Shown: positions 1 through 6,423 of the stretch, in pieces
Layout of the letters: every line of letters starts with the position of its first letter
Position numbering within the stretch: position 1 is the first letter of the stretch
Notes under the pieces: generated by a model
Databases searched by the model: none
The model's input: only the letters and a program-made list of their open reading frames with translations
Told to the model about the DNA's origin: nothing
Made by a program: the position numbers and the translations under genes
Virus record (IMG/VR): IMGVR_UViG_3300045988_043480
Coordinates: 1-32,262 of that record
Length of the DNA: 32,262 bases
Origin: a virus
Reading direction: 5' to 3' (one strand)

Positions 1-119
1 ATTTTTTCTTCTTCGCGCGGGGATTGTTCTTGGGTTTTGTTCTCTTGGGTTTTGTTAGTCAAAACCTCGTTTTGGGGTAGGTCAAAAGCAGGTTTTGAGG
101 GGTCAAAAGCAGGTTTTGG
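1..119. repeat. Terminal direct repeat, identical to 32144-32262; indicates a circular or terminally redundant genome with unit length 32143 bp
   Basis: Both ends read attttttcttcttcgcgcgg...ggtcaaaagcaggttttgg. The minus-strand ORF stays in frame across the junction (440 + 472 nt = 912 = 3 x 304). Confidence 0.95.
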
Positions 120-440
120 GGTCGGTTCAGGGTCATAACCCGGTTTTGGGGTGGGCTTCCACAGCGAGACGTGATACCTGTTGGCTCTGCCGTCGGACTT
201 GATTCGTCGGATGTACCCCAATTGCTCAAGCACATTCAGGCTTTTGGAGACGGTGGGCTGTGAGCATCGCGCGATCTTGGCGATGCGCTCCAGACTTGGC
301 CAGCATACGCCGGTGTTGTCGGCGTGGCGTATCAGCGCCATGTACACCAGCAGATCGTAGGCACCCAAACGGTCATCATCCATTACCCAGTTGGGGAGCA
401 TGGAGAAGCCCGAGTTCTGTGCTATACTCGTATCGGACAT
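1..440 (-). CDS. N-terminal part of a replication initiator / replisome-organiser-like protein. It has a winged HTH and wraps around the junction, continuing at 32143..31672, for about 303 aa in total.
   Basis: Minus-strand ATG at 440 preceded by AAAGGTGG. Translation MSDTSIAQNSGFSMLPNWVMDDDRLGAYDLLVYMALIRHADNTGVCWPSLERIAKIARCSQPTVSKSLNVLEQLGYIRRIK is typical of HTH_36-type phage replication proteins. The frame is open to base 1 and continues in frame into 31672..32143. Confidence 0.7.
   Translation of the reverse strand, partial: MSDTSIAQNSGFSMLPNWVMDDDRLGAYDLLVYMALIRHADNTGVCWPSLERIAKIARCSQPTVSKSLNVLEQLGYIRRIKSDGRANRYHVSLWKPTPKPGYDPEPTPKPAFDPSKPAFDLPQNEVLTNKTQENKTQEQSPREEEK
28..148. repeat. 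Iteron-like direct repeats inside the linker-coding part of the replication gene (candidate origin)
   Basis: Six same-orientation copies of (G/C)GTTTTG start at 33, 48, 68, 91, 112 and 142. A 15-bp unit tcttgggttttgtt occurs twice (28-41, 43-56). An 18-bp unit ggtcaaaagcaggttttg occurs twice with a 21-bp period (80-97, 101-118). Confidence 0.6.
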
Positions 441-538
441 GTTCCCACCTTTCCAGCGCCTCTCTGCCGTTCTCTCGGGGAGGTGCTTACTTTATTCCTT
501 GATCTTTTATTTGACATTATCGCGCCCGGTTCCCGTGC

Positions 539-606
539 GCATATACATATTATATATGCAGTAGACACAACTTGCAATCAGGAACAATCTGATGTATATT
601 TGACTT
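539..606. promoter_or_regulatory. Divergent early promoter/operator region
   Basis: The palindromic hexamer TTGCAA (572-577) lies 17 bp from TATATT (595-600, + strand) and 17 bp from TATAAT (554-549, - strand). The palindrome GCATATA-N7-TATATGC (539-559) overlaps the leftward -10. Confidence 0.45.
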
Positions 607-789
607 ATGAACGCTAAAGACTACACCGCAACGGTGGAGCAGTACGCGGCACGCTGGCACCTCAACGTGCAGACCGTCCGCCGATACTGCCGCGAGAAAC
701 GACTACCCTACATCAAGGTAGGCCACCGCTACTACTTCAACCCCGACATCACACCACTACCAGTAGGAGCAACGATCAACGATGAATGA
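607..789 (+). CDS. Small HTH DNA-binding protein (excisionase/MerR-like family)
   Basis: 60-aa ORF. WHLNVQTVRRYCREKRLPYIKVGHRYYF matches the Xis/helix-turn-helix_17 pattern. It is the first gene of the rightward arm. Confidence 0.6.
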   Translation: MNAKDYTATVEQYAARWHLNVQTVRRYCREKRLPYIKVGHRYYFNPDITPLPVGATINDE

Positions 790-1240
790 CCCGCGAATCA
801 CACTACCGCTCGCACGCTTGGCGGCAGACCCCGAACGCAAACAGACCCGCAACGGCACACCGTACCTGCTTGTCCGAGTCGCCGCCACAGGCGGACATGT
901 GGACAAGACCACGAAGCAGTGGGTTGACCACGATACCATGTGGGCCACGATCTTCGAGTATGACCTGCGAATGGCCGAAACCTACGAACGCATGTTGCGC
1001 AAGGGCACTCCCGTCCGCGTCGAAGGCGTCCTCAAGTGGAAGACCGGCACCGACAACCACGGTCAGCTGCGCACCGACTTCATTATCGAACACGCGACCA
1101 TCAGTCTGGCCATGCTCAAGGCGAAAACCCAGCAGGCTCAGCAAGACCAGCAGTCCGGCAACCAGCGGCCCGGAACCGACACGTTCGGCCCGACCGACTC
1201 GTTCAGCCAGATGGCCGACAACGAATGGGACGTGTTCTGA
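782..1240 (+). CDS. ssb: Single-stranded DNA-binding protein
   Basis: OB-fold-like N-terminus (RLAADPERKQTRNGTPYLLVRVAA...WATIFEYDLRMAE...KGTPVRVEGVL), a Gln/Gly-rich linker, and an acidic aromatic C-terminal tip DNEWDVF. Confidence 0.85.
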   Translation: MNDPRITLPLARLAADPERKQTRNGTPYLLVRVAATGGHVDKTTKQWVDHDTMWATIFEYDLRMAETYERMLRKGTPVRVEGVLKWKTGTDNHGQLRTDFIIEHATISLAMLKAKTQQAQQDQQSGNQRPGTDTFGPTDSFSQMADNEWDVF

Positions 1241-1470
1241 TGGCCGTCAACGTAACCCAGAAAGACCAGACGTTAAACGAAATCATCGAGTTTTGCGAAG
1301 ACGTTATGAGCGTCTGGTGCCGTAAGGAAGGGGCGCACGCCCGAGGATACCGGGAAGCGCTCGCCGAAGTGATCGCCCATTGCCGTGACAGCCTCGGATA
1401 TACGGGCGTCATGCCGTTGGAAGTACCCAACCAAAGCGAAGGAGCCGACCAATGTTCGACCAACTCATAG
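1240..1470 (+). CDS. Hypothetical protein (76 aa)
   Basis: The ATG overlaps the ssb stop (TGATG). The ORF is open in the operon frame. No recognisable motif. Confidence 0.45.
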   Translation: MAVNVTQKDQTLNEIIEFCEDVMSVWCRKEGAHARGYREALAEVIAHCRDSLGYTGVMPLEVPNQSEGADQCSTNS

Positions 1471-1580
1471 ACCAAGCCATACAGGACGCCACCGTTGACC
1501 CGGACGGACTACGCCTGTACCGCGTCAAGTTCAACGATGCGGGCGAAATGTACGGACTCACACAAATCACCACCGATTGA
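1452..1580 (+). CDS. Small hypothetical protein (42 aa)
   Basis: ATG at 1452 (MFDQLIDQAIQDATVDPDGLRLYRVKFNDAGEMYGLTQITTD) fills a gap in the operon. It is below the ORF-track cutoff. Confidence 0.3.
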   Translation: MFDQLIDQAIQDATVDPDGLRLYRVKFNDAGEMYGLTQITTD

Positions 1581-1625
1581 AAGGAACCACAATGACTCGC
1601 TATCTCGTCACTGGAGAAGATTGCA

Positions 1626-1748
1626 ATGAGCGATGAAATGAAGATGCCGATCAGCGAACGCGAAGCCGAGCAGAGCGGCTGGCAGACACGATATGACGGC
1701 ACATCATTCTGCCCCACCCACCAATTCCAGAAAGGACACCAGAAATGA
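1626..1748 (+). CDS. Small hypothetical protein (40 aa)
   Basis: ATG at 1626. The stop overlaps the next start (ATGA at 1745-1748), suggesting translational coupling. Confidence 0.3.
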   Translation: MSDEMKMPISEREAEQSGWQTRYDGTSFCPTHQFQKGHQK

Positions 1749-1987
1749 GCCTCGCACCACAAAGCATCGAACTTTGCGACATCTGCGGAAAACTCCGTGT
1801 TGACGCCGCGACTAAACAGACCATCATCCTCGTGCACGGCAACGATGCGAAGCGGGCCACCAGCGTCTGTCTCGACTGCATCAAACGATTCGGGTTCAAG
1901 CCCATCGTCACCGTCACCCCCGAATACTACGAGAAGCTGCTGGACGCCGCGGATCGCGGCATGGCGGTAAGGGAGGTCACGGAATGA
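1745..1987 (+). CDS. Small putative zinc-ribbon protein
   Basis: 80 aa with paired CxxC motifs (CDIC ... CLDC). Confidence 0.5.
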   Translation: MSLAPQSIELCDICGKLRVDAATKQTIILVHGNDAKRATSVCLDCIKRFGFKPIVTVTPEYYEKLLDAADRGMAVREVTE

Positions 1988-2241
1988 GGAAAACACTCAC
2001 GCTCGCAATCGTCTCCATCGTCACGCTCTCGCTCGCCGCCTGCGGCACCGCCATGCAGGATAATACCGGAGAGGACGAAGCCAACGATGATATCGTGTGC
2101 GCCGAGGTCGCGGCGAACATCTACCAGTGCGACGTGACCATGGGAGACACGCGCCGCGTCACCTACCTCGTCTACGACGGCAAGCTCAGAGCGGGAATGA
2201 GCTGCGACTGGGCGCACGCGGACGGGAGCGACAACCTATGA
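1984..2241 (+). CDS. Lipoprotein (candidate superinfection-exclusion or surface protein)
   Basis: The signal peptide with lipobox MRKTLTLAIVSIVTLSLAAC-GT fits the L-A-A-C lipobox consensus. Confidence 0.7.
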   Translation: MRKTLTLAIVSIVTLSLAACGTAMQDNTGEDEANDDIVCAEVAANIYQCDVTMGDTRRVTYLVYDGKLRAGMSCDWAHADGSDNL

Positions 2242-2269
2242 GCAGCACAAGAACACGAGTCGAAAAGCG

Positions 2270-2725
2270 ATGAAACTCATTCGCGAACCATTCGCATTCA
2301 GCCTCTTCATTCCCGGCATCCCCGCTAGTAAAGGCTCCTACCGTCCAATCACCGGCAGGAGCCGCACCACCGGCAAACCAGTAACCCGCCTCATACCAAT
2401 GGACAGGAAGGAACGCCCGTGGCGCGACCACGTGCGCGACACCATCCTCAGCCACAAACACCCAACCATCCCACCAAACTCATACATCAAGATAGAAACC
2501 ACGTTCTACCTCCCCCGCCCCAAAACCACCCCACCCCACAAACGCAAACACCCCACCGTCAAACCAGACATAGACAAACTCCAACGCGCCCTATACGACG
2601 CCATCACCGAAACCCACATCTGGCATGATGACTGCCAGATAACCGACGTAATCAGCCACAAACGCTACGCCGACGACACCCCCACCGGCGTATTCCTCAC
2701 GATCACATGGGAGCCGAACCAATGA
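2270..2725 (+). CDS. rusA: RusA-family Holliday junction resolvase
   Basis: IPGIPASKGSYRP near the N-terminus and KPDIDKLQRALYDAITETHIWHDDCQITDV match the RusA catalytic Asp-rich motif layout. Confidence 0.85.
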   Translation: MKLIREPFAFSLFIPGIPASKGSYRPITGRSRTTGKPVTRLIPMDRKERPWRDHVRDTILSHKHPTIPPNSYIKIETTFYLPRPKTTPPHKRKHPTVKPDIDKLQRALYDAITETHIWHDDCQITDVISHKRYADDTPTGVFLTITWEPNQ

Positions 2726-2898
2726 AGAAACCAAACGAATTCGACTACTTCCGCAACACCAACAAGCCGGAGAAAAACACAACCGGCTACAAGCTGGGCC
2801 GTATCCTCGGCGTACTACTACTCACCCTAGCCGTCCTCTTAATCACTACAGGCACCATAGCTCTGCTTAAACTCCTGATAACCTACATCCTCGCCTAA
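2722..2898 (+). CDS. Small membrane protein
   Basis: ATGA overlap with the rusA stop. One strong TM segment (ILGVLLLTLAVLLITTGTIALLKLLITYILA). Confidence 0.5.
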   Translation: MKKPNEFDYFRNTNKPEKNTTGYKLGRILGVLLLTLAVLLITTGTIALLKLLITYILA

Positions 2899-2908
2899 AG
2901 GAACCATC

Positions 2909-3058
2909 ATGCCTCTCAGCCAACGCAAAACCGAACTAGCCCTCCACTGGCACCGCAAACACTACGATCCCGAATACATCGCCACCCTACTCAACACCAG
3001 CCCAGAAGAAATACAAACCATCATCAACCAACACCAGCAACAAGCTAAACCCAAGTAA
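2909..3058 (+). CDS. Small hypothetical protein (49 aa)
   Basis: ATG at 2909 preceded by AAAGGAAC. Translation MPLSQRKTELALHWHRKHYDPEYIATLLNTSPEEIQTIINQHQQQAKPK. It fills the gap before TerS. Confidence 0.4.
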   Translation: MPLSQRKTELALHWHRKHYDPEYIATLLNTSPEEIQTIINQHQQQAKPK

Positions 3059-3073
3059 GCATAAAATACTCCT

Positions 3074-3469
3074 ATGAGCAACGTAACCCGCGACGCACAC
3101 GGACGCATAACCGGTGGAGTGAACAACCCGACCGGAAAAGGCGGCTTCCAAGAACGCCCACAAGACCGAGGCACATGGACAAAAGACACCAGCCCGACCC
3201 GATGGATACGCGAATACGGGAAACTCTCCGCTAAGGAATTCGCTGAGAAAGCGAAAGACCCGAACCTGACCATGATCCAGCGGATAGCGGTCAAGCATAT
3301 TGTTGACGCGGAGAAGAACCCGAAGGTCGCTACCGATCTGATCGACCGTTTGGACGGTAAACCGCACCAGTCCACCGACGTGAATGTTACCGGCTACGAG
3401 CCGCCGCGCATCGTGTTGGAACCGTTCGATGACAACCCCGAGAACAAGAAGGACGAGGATAATGAGTAA
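3074..3469 (+). CDS. Putative terminase small subunit
   Basis: It lies upstream of the packaging genes. The NPTGKGGFQERPQDRG motif is common in DUF5681-type small terminases, and the C-terminal tail is acidic. Confidence 0.5.
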   Translation: MSNVTRDAHGRITGGVNNPTGKGGFQERPQDRGTWTKDTSPTRWIREYGKLSAKEFAEKAKDPNLTMIQRIAVKHIVDAEKNPKVATDLIDRLDGKPHQSTDVNVTGYEPPRIVLEPFDDNPENKKDEDNE

Positions 3470-4013
3470 ACCACGCTTGCAAGTCCAAACCATGAAGACC
3501 AGTGACCTGATTCCCTATGCTCGGAACGCCAAACAGCATCCCGAAGAACAGGTGGCGCAGATCGCCGCGTCTATCCGTGAGTTCGGTATGAACGACCCTG
3601 TGGCGGTCTGACATGACAAGGACGGTACGCCGGTCATCGTGGAAGGCCACGGCAGGGTACTCGCCTTGCAGAAACTCAATATCGAGGAATGCCCGGTCAT
3701 CTGCCTTGATGACCTGACCGACTCACAACGCCGCGCCTACACGCTGATTCACAATCAGCTCACTATGAACACCGGGTGGGACGCAGATATACTCGGTCTG
3801 GAACTGGAAGACCTTACATCGGACTTCGATATGGACTTCTATGGGTTTGACCTGCCAGCGCTTGACGTGCAAGACCCGGACAGTGACGAAGGTTTGGACG
3901 ATATCAATGATAAACACGCCATCCAAGTCAACGTGGACGATGAAAACGAACTCGAAACTGTGTTCAACAAGCTAGTACAGGAGGGATATCAGTGCAAGAT
4001 CATCACCATCTGA
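3462..4013 (+). pseudogene. ParB/Srx-like N-terminal nuclease-domain protein interrupted by an in-frame TGA at 3609-3611
   Basis: Same frame on both sides of the stop: ...DLIPYARNAKQHPEEQVAQIAASIREFGMNDPVAV*HDKDGTPVIVEGHGRVLALQKLNIEECPVICLDDLTDSQRRAYTLIHNQL. Together these form one ParB-like domain with the GHGR motif. Confidence 0.75.
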
Positions 4014-4702
4014 CAATAGATATCACCCGGAGTAGCACGCCGCCGGTAGATAATTTCCGTGTTAACGCTATCCGCTCCGACTACGATTACACGGTTCCCG
4101 AGGTAACCGAGCATTTCACAGGGGAGATAATCCTCCCTGATGACTGGCAGATAGGCGTCATCGTCGGAGCCAGCGGAACAGGAAAAACAACTATCGCCCG
4201 CGAACTGTTCGGCGACTGCTTCACCCCACTGCCTGAGCATCGCAACCCCAGCGTGATAATGGACATGCCCCAAGGCCCCACGGTCGGAGAGATAACAAGA
4301 ATGTTCACCTCGCTCGGCTTCTCCAGCGTCCCGTCATGGCTGAAACCCTACCCGGTGCTGAGCAACGGGGAGAAAATGCGTGCCGATCTGGCATACACCC
4401 TGCTCTCAGCGACCCCGGATAATCCCGTGGCCTACGACGAATTCACCAGCGTTGTTGACCGGGACGTGGCACACAATCTCTGCCTTGCATTGCACAAGCA
4501 CATCAAACGCACGCCACGACTCCGGTTCATCGCGGTAACCTGCCACTCCGATATTCTCGATTGGTTGCAACCCGATTGGGTGTACTCCACGGATGATATG
4601 GGGATGATTGACCCAAAACATTCAAGCCCGCTCAACGACGGTTCACAGTCGAACGATGCGACCGAGGCGAGTGGGCAAAGTTTAAGCGATATCATTATCT
4701 GA
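3992..4702 (+). CDS. ABC-type ATPase domain protein; zero-frame product of a composite ATPase-GNAT gene
   Basis: GTG start 6 nt after AGGAGGG. Walker A GASGTGKTT, ABC signature LSNGEKMR, Walker B VAYDEFTSVVD, H-loop VTCHS. Confidence 0.7.
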   Translation: MQDHHHLTIDITRSSTPPVDNFRVNAIRSDYDYTVPEVTEHFTGEIILPDDWQIGVIVGASGTGKTTIARELFGDCFTPLPEHRNPSVIMDMPQGPTVGEITRMFTSLGFSSVPSWLKPYPVLSNGEKMRADLAYTLLSATPDNPVAYDEFTSVVDRDVAHNLCLALHKHIKRTPRLRFIAVTCHSDILDWLQPDWVYSTDDMGMIDPKHSSPLNDGSQSNDATEASGQSLSDIII

Positions 4703-5106
4703 CCGGCCAGCTGAATAACACCGCTCGATGCTGGGAGGTCAAATACTGCGGGAAGCCCGTTGGCTTCTGCGCGGTATTCAAGATGCCCAGATCTAACGGC
4801 ACTGCAATGGCCCGTATTCACAGAATCGTCATTCACCCTGACTGGCAGGGAATCGGACTAGGGAGAATGCTCGCCACAACGGTCGCCAAGCACGTGAGCC
4901 TCCAGTATGATTGCTTCCTGCAAACCTCGAACACCGCAATGAAGCACGCGCTTCTGCACTACGACGATTGGAAGCTAATCCGGAACAACACCAACATTAT
5001 GACTCTGAAACACGCGAGAAAACTCGCTGGGACGAAAAACCATAATTTAGCTAAAGCGTCACGCCGTGTGAAGACAGCCAGTTTCGTCATCAGGAAGCAC
5101 CAATGA
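4612..5106 (+). CDS. GNAT acetyltransferase domain in the -1 frame, open from 4612, probably fused to the upstream ATPase
   Basis: The frame reads PKTFKPAQRRFTVERCDRGEWAKFKRYHYLTGQLNNTARCWEVKYCGKPVGFCAVFKMPRSNGTAMARIHRIVIHPDWQGIGLGRML, which contains GNAT motif A (QGIGLG). The domain starts well upstream of the first ATG at 4783. Confidence 0.7.
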   Translation, partial: PKTFKPAQRRFTVERCDRGEWAKFKRYHYLTGQLNNTARCWEVKYCGKPVGFCAVFKMPRSNGTAMARIHRIVIHPDWQGIGLGRMLATTVAKHVSLQYDCFLQTSNTAMKHALLHYDDWKLIRNNTNIMTLKHARKLAGTKNHNLAKASRRVKTASFVIRKHQ

Positions 5107-6362
5107 AGATAGCTAAACCGTACCGTGATTTATGGTGGTGGATTCGCTCGGAGACGCCACCATACCGGTATTACTGCTACTCCGGTGGCCGAGCCAGCGG
5201 CAAGAGTACAAGCGTGGCGCAGAGTCTCATACTCCGTGCCGCAACCCAGCCCATCACGGTATTGTGCGCCCGCGAATTCCAGAACAGTATCACCGATTCC
5301 GTGCATAAACTTTTGGCTGACACCATCGAATCGTTCGGCGTCAAGGGCTTCGAGGTCACACGCGACTCCATCCGCCACATCAACGGGAGCCTATTCATCT
5401 TCCGAGGCCTCCACAACAATCTGCAATCGATCAAGAGCATCGAGGGCGTGGACGTATGTTGGGTGGAGGAAGCGCAGACCATCAGCAAGGAAAGCCTGAC
5501 CACGCTTATACCGACGATACGCCGCCCCAACTCCACTCTGATCTTCACTTGGAACCCGCTCACTTCACATGACCCGGTGTGGACGTACTTCATTACCGGT
5601 GATTCGGAGGAACGCCGCCGCCAGACCTGCCACTGGCACACCACCTACAACGACGTGCGCCGCCTGTTGAGCCAAGACGTTCTGGACATGATACGCGCCG
5701 ACCAACAGTCGGCGGACTACGCGCACATCTGGCTGGGCTTACCGTACTCCGATACCGATAACCAGCTAATCACCGATACGATGATAGGCGAAGCCGTCCA
5801 ACGTCAACCATTGGACGGCCCGGTAACGTTCGGCGTGGACGTGGCCCGATACGGCACCGACCGAACCGCGCTCTGCATCAAACAGGGCAACCGAATCAGC
5901 ATATTGGAATCGTGGACACACAGCAGCATCGTGAATACTGCGGAACGCATCAAACTCCGGGCCGCCCAGTACAAGCCAGTAGCCATCCGTGTGGACGATA
6001 CCGGCGTGGGCGGAGGGTTGACAGACCTGCTCAAGACAAGCGGGCTGCCCGTTGACGCCATCAACTACGCCGGTAAGGCGAAAGACCCGCAGTATCCGAA
6101 CGTGGCCAGCGAACTATGGTTTGACTTCGCTACCATGCTGCCCTCATTGAGCATCAACCCGCAATTGGATGACTTCGCCAAGCTCTCAAGCGAGCTGACC
6201 ACCAGACGGTGGAAGATCACCAGCCGGAACCAACGCCAGATCGAAAGCAAACAGGACTACAAAGATCGAGAGAATCTAGGTAGCCCCGATCTCGCAGACG
6301 CCGTACTGCTTGCCTGCTATGAGCCACCGAAACTACCGTCATGGAACGTAATGGTTTGCTAA
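5103..6362 (+). CDS. terL: Terminase large subunit
   Basis: Walker A GGRASGKS, a VCWVEEA Walker B-like motif, a C-terminal nuclease region, and a typical length of 419 aa. Confidence 0.9.
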   Translation: MKIAKPYRDLWWWIRSETPPYRYYCYSGGRASGKSTSVAQSLILRAATQPITVLCAREFQNSITDSVHKLLADTIESFGVKGFEVTRDSIRHINGSLFIFRGLHNNLQSIKSIEGVDVCWVEEAQTISKESLTTLIPTIRRPNSTLIFTWNPLTSHDPVWTYFITGDSEERRRQTCHWHTTYNDVRRLLSQDVLDMIRADQQSADYAHIWLGLPYSDTDNQLITDTMIGEAVQRQPLDGPVTFGVDVARYGTDRTALCIKQGNRISILESWTHSSIVNTAERIKLRAAQYKPVAIRVDDTGVGGGLTDLLKTSGLPVDAINYAGKAKDPQYPNVASELWFDFATMLPSLSINPQLDDFAKLSSELTTRRWKITSRNQRQIESKQDYKDRENLGSPDLADAVLLACYEPPKLPSWNVMVC

Positions 6363-6423
6363 TCGATTCGGCGTCATTGCCGGTAGACTGAGAAGCAGAG
6401 ACTTACGACGAATCGAGGAAACC

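Noticed and set aside
3609-3611. Genome-wide TGA reassignment or selenocysteine as an explanation for the in-frame TGA
   Set aside because: Many well-defined genes here terminate with TGA (ssb, rusA, portal, capsid fusion). I saw no convincing SECIS-like hairpin immediately downstream, only a weak 5+3 bp stem.
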